Below, piece after piece: positions 47,985 through 60,238 of a DNA stretch of 64,000 bases (position 1 is the stretch's first letter; every line of letters begins with the position of its first letter). The notes beneath the pieces were generated by a model that worked only from the letters and a program-made list of their open reading frames with translations, did not search any database and was not told the origin of the DNA. Source of the DNA: Camelus dromedarius. Its lineage: Eukaryota. Made by a program: the position numbers and the translations under genes. The stretch is taken from positions 8,122,001-8,186,000 of the forward strand of contig NC_087436.1 of assembly GCF_036321535.1 (NCBI RefSeq), written 5' to 3'.

Positions 47985-49300
47985 TTTAACAGCTTTATTA
48001 ATGTATATTTAACATATAATATATACAGTTTGGTAAGTTTTGGTGTGTGTGTACATCCACAAAATTATAGCCCCAATCAAGATAATGAATTTATCTATTA
48101 GCCCCCAAAATATCCTCATGCCCTTCTGTAAGCTCCACCTCCAGCCCCCATTAATATGCATTTTATGTGAATGAAATGATTCAGTATCTACTCTTTTATG
48201 TCTGCCTTCTTTCACTTTGAAGTTCTCTCATTGGGTATTTAAAACTTACCTTTTTAGTTTTCATCAAATTTAGAAATCTCTTTACCATTGTTTCTTGAGG
48301 TATTTTTCATCCTACCTTCTCCTTTGCTGACTCCCACTGCGAGAAACTGGGCCACTCGAAGTTGTCACACACTTGCTGAGGCTCTGTTCATTTTTGTTGA
48401 TTGATTCTATTGCTACATCTTTAAGCTCACCAATATTTTTTCTGCAGCTTCTCATCTGACATCAGTCCCACATATTATCATTTTCATCTGAGCCATTGCA
48501 GTGTTAACTTCTAAACTGCAACTGGGGTTTTTAAAAAAATGCTGTCCGGATGTATACTTAACATGCTTTATTTTTCACCTAGATTCTTGAATGTGTGACT
48601 ACAGCTAAATAACTTTTAATGCCCTTGTTTACTATGTATACCACCTCTGTCATTTCTAGATTGATTTTGATTGATTTTTCTCCTTATTATGGGCTTTCTT
48701 TTCTTCTTTTTTTGAGTGCCTGATAACTTATGATTGAAAATTAGACATTTTGAATTTTAGTCTATGCTGGATATTTGTGTTCCTATAAATATTTCTCAGC
48801 TTTAATCTAGTATTTTGTTACATTACTTAGAATTTGATCCTTTGGAAGTTTTTAGGTTTATTAGGTGGTACAAGGTCAGTGTTTGGTCGAGTTTCCCTCA
48901 AACTGCAGTAAAACACTGTATGTGCCCTATGAAATATCCCATGGTGCGTGAGGGGTGCCACTCAACTATTTTTTGAGCTCTGGTTACTATTTCTATCTAT
49001 TTGGATGGATTCACCCAGTCCTAACTAGTTTCCGCCCCGCAGCTTGTCCTAGCATGGGCTTTTACTGGTTTCCTCAGCGTGCACTGACTTGATTGGCTTC
49101 CTCTGCAGATTTCACGTGCTTTTGTATGTGTGCTGGGTTCTTTCTTCTCTGATACTCAGCCCTGTGAACTCTGGCCACCCTGGCATCCTCCAGTGCCCAT
49201 TTCCCTCTCTTCCACTCAGGGGTCAGCATTCCTGCAACTCTCTCTAATCAGTTAGCTCAGGCAAATGTAGAGTTCAGCTTTGCTGTTTCCTGTGTTCCTT
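47985..49300 (-). mobile_element. Old L1 antisense fragments (L1MB/MC 3' end plus L1M body)
   Basis: ACAGCTTTATT...ATATACAGTTTGGTAAGTTTTG...CAATCAAGATAATGAAT...; T-rich L1M sequence downstream. Confidence 0.65.
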
Positions 49301-49649
49301 TACTCCAAGCTTCATTTAAAGAAAAATTAATGAAGATCTTTCCACATCAGCAGAGATATATCACTGTCATTCTTTCACATAGCTCCATTGTAGTCCATCC
49401 TGCTGTTTTCCTTACTGAAAAAGGCTTCATTGGAGATCTTTAACATATGGCTTGCTGAAGCTTTGCACGTATGCCCAGTACAAAAAATATTTAGTTCAGT
49501 TTATGCTGTGGTGGATATTTCCAAATTGATGTGTATAGGATTTCTACCAGTTTGCAATACATATTTACTAATTGTGAGGAATACGTATTTTCAGTTAACA
49601 TTGACTGTCTGTTACTTAAATTGGATTTTAACGCTATCAAACACATGTA

Positions 49650-49860
49650 TTTGAACCCTGCTTATGCCAGTTATCAGCTAACTTGGCAAGTGGTTTAAAC
49701 TCACTGAATCTTAGTTTTTTTTTTCATTAATCTGTGCAAAAAGAGTACAATATTCATAGTTTGAAAGACAATATATAACGAGCTTACTTAAAAGAATCCC
49801 TGGAACATTGTAAACTTTGATTCAATAAGAGTTTGTATAATAATGAAACTAATTAATTGT
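49650..49860 (+). mobile_element. MIR SINE
   Basis: TTTGAACCCTG...AACTTGGCAAGTGGTTTAAACTCACTGAATCTTAGTTT is the MIR core. Confidence 0.6.
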
Positions 49861-51751
49861 ATTATTATAATTATATAATTTATAAATACTATTAACATAA
49901 TTATATAATAATATACATAGTTATATAATATATAAAAATATAAAATATAAATAATAATTATTTATAGCAATATTATTACATATTGCTAGTATTGAAATGG
50001 CATTAGATTAATGTTGGTAACCTTTGGTTTTTGGAGATCTACACAGATGTGTAACATTGGCATCTGTAGGCTGTTATCTGCTAATATCTTTTCTTATATA
50101 TTTAGTTTTCTCTCTCTTGGCTGCGAAAAAAAACCCTTCTTAGTACGTTTAAGAACAGTTCAGATTATGATATCCCTGAGACTTTACAGAATTTCATTTT
50201 GGGCCGGAGTTACTGAGAAAGGGTCCATCATTGCCAGCTGATGTGAAACATTTGAACTGCCAAGACCTGTTCTGTCAGGCGGAGAGACTCTGTCACACTC
50301 TGTAGACTGCACATAAACTGTGAGTGACATCCCGAGACAGATGCGGGTGACAAAATGTGTCCCATGACTAAGGCCTCATACCTGGGCAGACACAGAATGG
50401 GAAGGAGAAGGATAAAGGAAACGTTTCTGTCCTTTCTGAACCCTGAAGAGAGTATCAGAGGGGCTGCACTCTGGTTTTCCCGTGTGTTTAGGTCAGAGTG
50501 TTGAAATTGAATGTTGCTCGGACACTCAAGGCTAATTGTACTATTACACATTCCACACACAAACACAAATCTTGATCAGAAAAGAGTTTCACTCATCAAT
50601 ATGCATGGAGACCATGACCCTTTCTACTGAGGTGATCTACCAGGTGCCAAGGAGCCTTTGTTAGCTTATTATCCTCAAGAAAAATACAAATCGCTCTCTG
50701 GAGAACGGGAAACCAGGTTAGAAGTAGCGAGAGTGGAATATCTGACTGAATTTAGATTAAATTCTGCCAAGTTACCAGGAAATCTAAAGCAACAGATTTA
50801 CTGAGATTCAGGCTTTCTGGTCCTGGATCTCTCTCTTGTAACAAACGATGCCTTCTGATTTTGACTATTGCTCAGAAAAGATTCAAGTCACTCCAGGGTA
50901 AGTGAGGATAAACTCATCTATTTAAGTTCATAGCATATGGGAGAGTAATAAGATATAACAGAGCAGATCAATTAATCATTTTCAACTTAGCACCTAATAC
51001 AGCTTATTTCACTTCTGATATTTCTAGCATGCCTGGAACAAATCAGCTTTACCATGCTTTGGTCTTCTCTTTTAATAAAAAATACAACCAAGACAACTTA
51101 AAAGCTAGGAATTTGAAATTAATTCTGCAAATTTAAAATGTAGTAACATAGCTTTGTTCCTTGTCTTGTTGATGACTAACCCTCAGTTGGAACTCAGATC
51201 ACAATTGGAGACTATGCTGTTGTTTGTATTATTATACATAAGCTGGAAATAGATTCTTTAGCCATGTAGCAGAAGAGGTCTTTGTTGGTGATGGGGCTTC
51301 TTGACTTATTCAAATTAATATTTGGAAAATATAAATATTTAAAGAAGAACTTACGTCTCAAAGGCAACTAAGAGATTCTTAATAGCAAATTGTTTTGCAT
51401 TCAGAATAATTTTACTTCTGTTCACATTATAGTATGTGTCTTTCCAACACTTACAAATTATTGTGCTCATTTTGAAGTTGGCAAAAAACACCCAAGCAGC
51501 ACCTTTTACTCAAAGTAAGAAAACAAAGATCCCTAAGGAGTCTTCCCACAGTTAAATTACAGAAATGAACACATGGCTAAGTATCAGGGTGTCAGTGTGG
51601 AACAATTCAGGGCAAATGAGCTACACTCACAACCACACTGGGTCCTCTTTTCTAAAGCATTGACTGCAGTATCTGGCTTTGTCACAGGAAAAGGAGATAC
51701 TAAATTTGCTTGGAATGAGTAACCCTACACTGCCCAACTCTGTTTAAGAAT

Positions 51752-51943
51752 ATACACACTACTATATATAAAAGAGATAAACAACAAGGATCTAATATAT
51801 AGCACAGGGAACTAGATTCAATACCTCATAATAACCTATAATGAAAAAGATTATGAAAAGCAATATATATAATATGTATAACTACATCACTATGTCGTAC
51901 AGCAGAAATTAACACATTTCTAATCAACTACACTTCAATTAAA
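51752..51943 (+). mobile_element. Short cetartiodactyl L1 3'-end fragment followed by (TA)n(CA)n
   Basis: ACACTACTATATATAAAAGAGATAAACAACAAGGATCTA...TAGCACAGGGAACT...TCAACTACACTTCAATTAAA. Confidence 0.88.
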
Positions 51944-53113
51944 TATATATATATATATACACACACACTAAGTTGTGAAGCACAGTTGTTTTCTTGATTT
52001 ACTTGCAGAAGAACTTGGTGGAATATTCTATCTGTGCTCTCAGCCAGAGGGCTGCCCCCTGGCAGCAGATTAAAGCCCACAGGTAAGCCTGGGGAGTGAT
52101 GGCAGTCTTCAAACTTGAAATCTGCCACACTCGGACGCCACTGTTTTTCCTTCTTTGCTTGCAAGGTATGTTTCATTTAGCAAGCACAAAAAGAATTTTA
52201 ATCGTAGGCCAGAATAAAGAGACAGGAGGGTTTTTCATTACTTTTACTTCAAATTTCATTTTATGACTTTTTTCCCTAAGTGGAGAAAGATAATGCACTC
52301 ATTTCCTTTTCTTTGACCAGTAATACTAACACCAGCACAGAGGATTTAATCACTTCTTTCTTTCCTAAGAGTCCAAGTATCACAAAGTATAAGTAAGTTG
52401 GAAAAAAAAAATAGAAGGAAGAAGGAGAGATACTTTCTTATGCTTCATGCTTTCATTTCTATATTGAGATAGTCCTTTAAAGATGCTTTATATACACCAA
52501 ACAAAACAATTAGGATAAGTATAATATTAATTCATATATATTTTCTATCACATATGGTTTCTATTTTATATTATATTATGAGGGCTGATTCTATTCTGTG
52601 GTATTACTGAAAATAGCAAGCAGAGTGTGTTTTCTTCTCTGCGGACCTGTGCCAAAATGAAATCCTTCCCTTACAAGAAACATGGTGAGCTCCTGCCAAC
52701 CCCCAAAGAAACCAATGATGTGTAAACTTGTACTCATGGCTGTTAACACCAAAAACAGTGATTTTGAGAACTCATGCGGTATTGCAGTAATGTATTGTTT
52801 TGAAAAGGAGATTGTAAAAACTTTGTACTAAGATAAAATGGATTGGCAAGAGATTTATGTTCTTCATAGGCAGACTAAGAGTTTTCGGGGATTGTAAAGA
52901 CATTAGCACCTCTCCACCTTACGATGGACATTAGCAGTCCCAGTCAAAGGAACAATAAAATCGTGTGGTAAAGATGAATTCACAATCTGAGTATTGGAAA
53001 CTTTAGTTTATCCTTTTTAAATTTAAACTGATCATTTTTAAAAGACTGTTAAAGCCATGTTTTTGAAGAAAATTATTTTGCATGTTACTTTCTGTAAAAC
53101 CAAAGGCATGTTG

Positions 53114-53249
53114 GGGGAGGGTATAGCTCAAGTGGTAGAGCACTTGTTTACCATGCCTGAGGTCCTGGGTTCAATCCCCGGTACCTTCTCTAGAAATAAA
53201 CAAATAAACCTAATTACCTTCCCCCTCCAAAAAAAAAAAAAGAAAATGA
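53114..53249 (+). mobile_element. Vic-1-type SINE with a perfect 18-bp TSD
   Basis: GGGGAGGGTATAGCTCAAGTGGTAGAGC...GGTTCAATCCC plus A-tail; TSD AAAACCAAAGGCATGTTG at 53096-53113 and 53250-53267. Confidence 0.95.
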
Positions 53250-53584
53250 AAAACCAAAGGCATGTTGCCATGTTTATTCTATTCTAAAATGTATTTCTTT
53301 CCATAATGTGTCATAACCGAAAAATATAGATTAGACATACATTTTCTTATGAGATATGCAACCATGTTAAAAAGTAGCCCTTAAGTTGTTTTTTATCATG
53401 GTGTGTATGCACAGATACAAACTTCAGATATATAAAGGTAAGTATCTAAAAGACCATAATGATCATTTCTCTTTGAGTAAGAGACAGTTTGTGGACTATG
53501 TTAATACTTTATCTGCTGTCAGTGTAACAGAGAGAGGCACATGGGTGATGCATGTCCCACGTGATAAAACAAAGGATAATGAGT

Positions 53585-53790
53585 GAAGATTCAGAGCACG
53601 GCTTTGGAGACTGACTGCTTGGAATCAAATCTTGACACTGGTTGACTATGTGATAATAGGCAAATTGAATTCTTTGCATTTCTTAGTTTATTCAACAGTA
53701 AATGGGGCTTCAAAGGGACCCCCTTATAGCTGAACACCATACAGAGTAATGTTAGTGCATAGTTACCTTTCAAAAAATTTTAGATATTCA
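53585..53790 (+). mobile_element. MIR SINE
   Basis: AGAGCACGGCTTTGGAG...GGAATCAAATCTTGAC...TGTGA...GGCAAAT...GTAAATGGGG. Confidence 0.65.
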
Positions 53791-54070
53791 TAATATCCAT
53801 GTGGTACATCATTTAAGCATCAAATGGTCTTATCCCAGTGATATGTTACTGAGGGTATTCTATACTTTAGAACACATAGTGTATAGAGATTTATTTAGAG
53901 AGTGAGTCACACATGTAATAGAAATCCAGATGGCATGAAAACAAGACTTTGCCCTCTCAAGTGTCTTCTCAATCTGTTACTCACTAATTATATCATTAAA
54001 GACTTAAAATAATGATGAGACAACAGCTGAAACAAGAAGGGGAAAAAGTGTAGTAAAGAAAGATATAGGT

Positions 54071-54240
54071 GGGGAGGTGTAACTCACGTGGTAGAGAGCA
54101 TGCTTAGCATGTATAAGGTCCTGGGTTCAATCCCCAGTGCCTCCTCTAAAGATAAACAAACCTAATTATCTCCCCCCTCCCACCTGCCAAAGTAAAATAA
54201 TTAAAAATAATACAATAATAAATAAAACATTAAACAAAAA
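54071..54240 (+). mobile_element. Vic-1-type SINE
   Basis: GGGGAGGTGTAACTCACGTGGTAGAG...GGTCCTGGGTTCAATCCCCAG...AAACCTAATTATCTCCCCC plus an AT tail. Confidence 0.9.
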
Positions 54241-54792
54241 GAAAGGTCAAAGGGGAAAAAGTTACTTGGCCCATTAAGTGTGGTGCCTTCCCCAGAGGAC
54301 TTGAAATAGAGGAACGGAGGTAATGGTAAGAAAATGCAGCTTTGAAGGTTAAAGTCAAGCTTCCTGGCTCAAGTCAGTGGACTGCTCTTCAAGAAGAAGG
54401 TTTTTCTCAAGACTGAGGCCAACAATAGTAAATCCACCTTCATCATGTGATGTTGGGACAATATCAGTAGATTCCATTAAGGTTAATCTTTACAATTTCT
54501 AATTTTGCCTTCCATAAAACATTGTAAAAGATAAGATTTGCAAACTTATTTCTCAGTGTTTACCTTTTTGTTTAGTATTATACAGGGGATGAATACAGTC
54601 TATAAGTGAGTTAGTTTTATCCACTAGACAATGATGTTTAAGGTTTTTGTATCTGTCTATTTTTAGTTTATAGTTTTTTTCCCCAGATTAGTTATCTGAG
54701 ATAAATAAATTTAAACTGAACATATATAGTCTAATGTAATGAAAAAAGCATGTATAGAAATGCTAGTTATTTTGTTGTGTACTTTATTTTCA

Positions 54793-54944
54793 TTTTTTTT
54801 TTTTTAGTTTTTGGGGTTTTTTTGGGGTTTTTGGGGGAGGACAATTAGATTGATTGATTGATTTTTAATGGAGGTGCTGGGGATTGAACTCAGGACCCTA
54901 TGCTTGCTAAACACACACTCCACCACTGAGCTTTACCCTCCCCC
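54793..54944 (-). mobile_element. Vic-1-type SINE
   Basis: GGGGATTGAACTCAGGACC...CCACCACTGAGCTTTACCCTCCCC preceded by a T-rich tail. Confidence 0.9.
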
Positions 54945-55963
54945 TTGTCATGTTTACTTCAAATCCTTTCTACCTAAGTAGAAATCTTGCTACAGAAAGA
55001 GAGAGGGTGGGTTTGTTGCTGCGGAAACTGTTGAGAAGGAAAGAATCTATTTAACAACAACAGTACAAACTTTTAGAAACACATTTCTTCTGCATTAAAA
55101 TAATGTCTGCCCTGCCTAATAATTGATTTCTTGACTGGAGCGTCAACCCCGTTCTTGTTATGCATGAAGCAGGCAGGGAAATTAGACAGGCGGCATTTCC
55201 ATTTCCTTCATGTGACTTCTGGAATTAGCCCAAGGTTCACAAGTGAATAAAAATAAACTTTTAAATTAATACTGTAATTCTTTATTAGGCTTGTTAATGA
55301 TTACTGGCCCTTCCAATTTTGACAAGAGGTATAATTTTTATTGGTCTAGTTGGCTAATAGACCTTTGCCTGTGGTGATGTTCTTGTCACAGTCTCTTGCG
55401 TGCTTCTTAGAAAATAACAATTAAAGTTAATAGAGTATTTATCATTATTTCAAAGCCTTAGACTTTTTTTCCCCCCAATATACGACTGTTAAGATCTGAA
55501 TGCAACATTTGCATTTAAATTAATCCTAGAGGGATTAAGTGGCAGTTTGTAAAGCACAGTGAAATGAGTACAGAGATATACCGAAATTAATAAAATAGCT
55601 ATTATTTATTTAGTCTTTTAGGTATTCCAAGCATTATGCAAATATTGCCTTAACTTAATTCTCTACAACAAAGGAATTATTTACCTGACTTTAAAAATTA
55701 AGAAACTGAGTTCAAGAAGTTATGCGTACATAGAATAAAATGGAACTGCCGTTTTTGACTTTTGTTTCTCACCTTGGCAATTTCCCATGGTTTAACTCGT
55801 AAGTGACTGGGCTATGCTTTAGCACTTAAAATTTTCTGCCTTCATGGAACTTTTCACTATGCCAGTGTCTCATCTTGTCTTCACAATGTCTCCAGAGAAG
55901 ACAGAGTATTTTCTAACATGATACAGTTTTGATTTACTATAAACACTGATCTCAAACTATGAA

Positions 55964-56075
55964 GGGATGATGATGATGAGGGTGATAAGGAAGGTGATGA
56001 TGATGACGATGATGAGGGTGATGATGGTGATGCTGCTGCTGCTGCTGATGGTGATGCTGCTGAGGGTGATGATGG
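55964..56075. repeat. Compound (GAT)n/(GCT)n trinucleotide repeat
   Basis: Visible directly. Confidence 0.9.
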
Positions 56076-56096
56076 TCTCTATTTCTCAAAAGCTAA

Positions 56097-56965
56097 TGTT
56101 ACTGAACCACACTTGGGTCTGCTGGCCCTTGTGTGCAGTAAAGACAATCTACTGACCCTGAGTGGTGGTGAAGGGAAGTGCAGCATTTATTGCAGGTACC
56201 AAACAAGGAGTGTGGGAAATCTGAACTCTCAAAAAATCTGAACTCCCCAGTAGGTTTTAGGGAAGTATTTTAAAGTCGATGTGAGCAAGGGGGCGGCCAG
56301 GTGTGTGATTAGCCTCTGCGCAGTTCTCTGATTGCTTGATGGTGAGGTAACAGGGTGGTGTCCAAGGGGTAACTATCATCAATCCTCAGGCTCCAGCCGG
56401 TGTGGGGGGCTACATGCTCCTGCTCATCAGGCAGTTAACTTCTTCCTTTTGTGAAACATCTGTGAAACAACTCAGGAGTGTGCATCAGACAGTGTTAGCT
56501 AAGTGCTTCAGGGAGAAACTAAACTCTGTGACTACTGTAAGGCTGATTTCCTAAATTGTCACCAGTTTTCCTGGTCTAAATGTCACTTTTTTGGGTCACT
56601 ACGTGTTCATATTCTTTCAGTCAATTAATTCATTTTTTGGTTTTTGTTTGTTTGTTTTTATTGAAGTATAGTCAGTTTGCAGTGTTACGTTAAAGTACAG
56701 CATAGTGATTCAGATATATATATATATATATCCTCCTTTTTCTATTCTTTTTCATTATAGACTATTACAAGATATTAAATACAGTTCCCTGTGCTACACA
56801 GTAGGACCTAGTTGTTCATCTATTTTATGTATAATAGTTAATATCTGCAAATCCCAAACTCCCCATCAGGGGAGGTCCTGGAGACTACAGCTTTTCTACA
56901 AACAAGAAAACAAGAGGCAAGCAGAGAACATGGGGGGGGGGGTCTTACCAAAAAGGCCCCACGGT
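56097..56965 (-). mobile_element. Artiodactyl ERV1-type LTR, interrupted by an L1 fragment
   Basis: TGTTACTGAACC terminus; TTTATT at ~56186 (AATAAA on minus); CTGATTG (CAAT-like on minus); LTR-like sequence resumes at ~56863 (GGAGGTCCTGGAGACTACAGCTTTTCTACAAACAAG). Confidence 0.7.
56633..56862 (-). mobile_element. Short L1 3'-end fragment nested in the LTR
   Basis: T-tail plus TTTATTGAAGTATAGTCAGTTTGCAGTG...GTTCCCTGTGCTACACAGTAGGACC...GCAAATCCCAAACTCC. Confidence 0.9.
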
Positions 56966-57619
56966 GAAAAATGAGAGGAGGGAAAGTGGCAGGTATTTCA
57001 ATCAATGTTTTGGATTTATGAGAGTTACATAGTCAAAAAGAACATGTTAAAGTCCGCCATCAAAAACAGTGTGTTAAAGCCCACAGGAAAATCATTTTGT
57101 CCAGGAAGGTCACATCATTGCAAGGTGCTTATGTCTTTCTTTGAAAGCCACAGACCTTGCAGTTAAGGGTTTCCACACAAAATTGGATAGTCCCATTGTT
57201 GACGAAGCCTGATTAAGACTCTTAGAACATGAAACAGAACTAAATATTTGGGAAAGGTTATTTTTATGGTGATTAAGTGAACTAAATTAATGGTACATAC
57301 ACACAGTAGTTACCTCCGGAAGATAAGGCTGGCCACTGTCTCCTGGTCCTGAACATTTACATTTTTTGTGCTCTGCACTTTTCCTTTTACAACTTTCCTT
57401 CACTCTGTGTTGCCGGACACGTGATTCTACCACTGTAGACCCTTCTGTCTTTAGATCGTGCCCTGTGACCCCCAGTGTGCGGTCTTTCATATCTTTCCAT
57501 GGGATGTAAGCATCTCTTCCCCCCTCAGCTCCTACTGTATCATGTTCCCTATTTTCCATTCTGATTCCTTATCTCCACTGGCCTCACTTTCATAGAAGCA
57601 AAATGTTATGATGATTTAT

Positions 57620-58120
57620 TTCAGTAGCTTCTCTTCTGTTTTTCCAGTTTCCATTCTAAATAACTTTAAATTAACTATCTTCCATGATTTTTTTTTTCAA
57701 AAATGCAAGTTGGACCCCACAGTTTCCTTATTTAAAAATGTTCAGTGGCTCTATAGAGCTTTCAGGATGTAGGCCAGACACTGTTATTTAATCCCAAATA
57801 TTCTATATGACTTCTTCCTACTTAATTCCTCTTTATTTGTCCCTCCCTATTTTGCTCAATCACTTATGGACAAAACTGGCTACTAATACTCTCTTCAGTG
57901 AATGCAGATTTACACCTGTATGGTTTTCCTCATGGTATTTATTTTGCCTGGAAGGACCTCAATCACCTTGCCTTCCTGATTCACTTGAATACTTTCTCTT
58001 TTAATATGTGTCTCAGATACCTTTTTATCCCCCTGGGAAAGCTTTATGACCCCATCTTGTTTGGATGTTTCTTATCAATCTTCATTATCAGATGTGTCAA
58101 ATACCACCATGACTAAGGGT
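57620..58120 (+). mobile_element. L2 fragment
   Basis: AAAATGCAAGTTGGACC...TTCAGTGGCTC...TTTGCCTGGAAGGACCTC. Confidence 0.5.
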
Positions 58121-58179
58121 ACCCATTACATTACTAAAAGATAGGAGACATTTGAAATTCTCTCTTAATTTTTCACTAA

Positions 58180-59370
58180 ACATTTTATTTTGAAAAAACT
58201 GAAGATTCACACATAGTCATTATAATTTGTGCCGAGAGATCTCGTGTACACATTACCCAATTTTCTTTAATGGTAAACCCTTGTGAAACTGTAACAAGGG
58301 TAACTAAGATACTGACTTTAACCGTGTTCAGATTTCTGCAGCTTCACATGTAGTTATTTGAGTGTGTGTATAAACACAGTTTTGTGTGTGTGCTAGTTCT
58401 AGACAATTTATCACATCTGTTTGTGTATCCAACACCGCAGAAAACACAAAGAATGATTCTAACACTACAAAGAGCTCTCAGGTGCCTTTTCCCAAGTGCA
58501 CCCACTTCCTCCCCACAGCTAACTCCATCCTGAATATTTGACAACTTATTGGGTCTACATTTCCATAAATTTTTTTCATTTTAAAAATGTTACCTAATGA
58601 ATGAGTGGATAAACAAACTGTGGTATGTCCATGCAATGGACTATTATTTAGGCTTAAAAAGACCCAAGATTGAGACACATGCTACAATAGAGATAGACCT
58701 TGAAGACATTGCACTAAATGAAATAATTCTGCCATACAAAGATAAATGTTGTATAATTACATCTACAGGAGGTACCTCTAAGGGTCACATTTATAGAGAA
58801 AAAAAAGTAGAATTGTGGTTGCCAGGGGCTGGGGAGAGGTGAGTATGAGGAGTTAGGGTTTAATGATGTGTCTGTACCATTTCATTTAGGGAAGATGAAA
58901 ACACTCTGCAGATAGCTGGTTATCATGGATGCACAATAATGTAAATGTACTTAGAGCCACAGAACTGTACACTGTTTAATAATGGTTAAAATGGCAAATG
59001 GTATGTTAGCTATATTTAACCACAATTTATACAATGTTATATAAGTGGAATCATATAATATGCCAAATTTGATGATGGATTCTTTTCACTCATTACAGTT
59101 CTGTGAAGATTTATCCAAGTTGTGTGTATTGATAGCCCATTGCATTTCAGTGCTAAGTAGTATTCCATGGTAATCACATAACATGATGTCTTTAACCATT
59201 CACCTGTTGAAGAGCATCTGGGATGATGCCAGTTTTTGCTTATAAAAAAATAAAGCTCCTATTAAAATTTGTTTACAAATTTTGAGGAAAACATGAGTTT
59301 TTTATTTCTCAGGGGAAAATGCCCAATAGTAAAATTTCTGAATTGTAAAACATTTACATGCTTAGTTTTT
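58180..59370 (-). mobile_element. L1MC-like 3' region (antisense), hosting a nested L1MB
   Basis: TTTTATTTTGAAAAAACTGAAGATTCAC...AATGTTA[insert]TATAAGTGGAATCATATAATATG...TTTAACCATTCACCTGTTGAAG. Confidence 0.7.
58597..59030 (+). mobile_element. L1MB-type 3' end nested in the opposite orientation
   Basis: GAGTGGATAAACAAACTGTGGTAT...GTGGTTGCCAGGGGCTGGGG...AATGGTTAAAATGGCAAAT...ACCACAAT; AATGTTA on both sides (58586, 59033). Confidence 0.8.
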
Positions 59371-60086
59371 GTATGCGTCTATGCCTAAGGGGTTTCTGGG
59401 TTGCAGAGCTCTGTGCCACTCAATCTAGAAATAACCTATATATTATTCTTTAAGTGTTGATGTCTCTGGCTAGTTTACCTTCCTCTTTTTAACACTCAGA
59501 GTTCTTTTATGGTTGTGTTGTATTATTTCTCATATATTTAGTTGTATATAGAGGGAGGAACAAGGAAAAGTGATATGCCATCACTTCTTTGAACCAAAAG
59601 TTATGAATTTACTTTGATAAGCTCAAAGTGATAAAGGATTATTTATGTTCTGAAGGAATTGGCTTCTGGACTGAGCAACATAAGGAAAATAATTCAATGA
59701 ATCTTCATGAGTATTCATTTTAGGTCCTCCCCTGGTCATAATAAAGGCCGGGGCAAGCAAGTCATATAGGACTTGATATTTAAGATCAGTGTTGAAGTAT
59801 TTAATATTTTTCTGTTTGTGGAATTTTGACAAAGTGTGAAGTCATCTAGGTAGAAGAAGATTGCAAAGCAATATAGAAATAGAAAAATGTGAGACAAGCT
59901 CTCCAAACTGTGCTAATTTCCAGTTTAACCAAAATTGAACCAACACAGATAAACATTGATGGCAGATGAACACTTAAATGGAAAAAAAAAGAATGGTTTC
60001 CATAGTAAGGAATTCACCCATTCCATGGCAACCAGTGGAATTTTGAGAGGAGAAATTATATGATTAAATTTGTTTCTTGTTATAAA

Positions 60087-60238
60087 GGTTAGTGTGGTTT
60101 TTTTGGGTTTTTTTGTTTTGTTTTGTTTTGTTTTGGTGGTGGGTGGTGTTTTTCTTTTATTGGTGGTACTGGGGATTGAACCCAGGACCTCGTGCATGCT
60201 AAGCACATGCTCTACCAGTGAGCTCTACCCCAACCTCC
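60087..60238 (-). mobile_element. Vic-1-type SINE, short variant, with a 12-bp TSD
   Basis: GGGGATTGAACCCAGGACCTCGTGCATGCTAAGCACATGCTCTACCAGTGAGCT; TSD TCTTGTTATAAA at 60075-60086 and 60239-60250. Confidence 0.92.

Noticed and set aside
53114..53190. tRNA gene (also at 18460, 54071, 54870, 60165)
   Set aside because: The tRNA-like head is followed by a SINE body and A-rich tail, with clear TSDs at two copies, so these are tRNA-derived SINEs.
55967..56155. Met/Leu-rich ORF
   Set aside because: Artefact of the (GAT)n/(GCT)n repeat.
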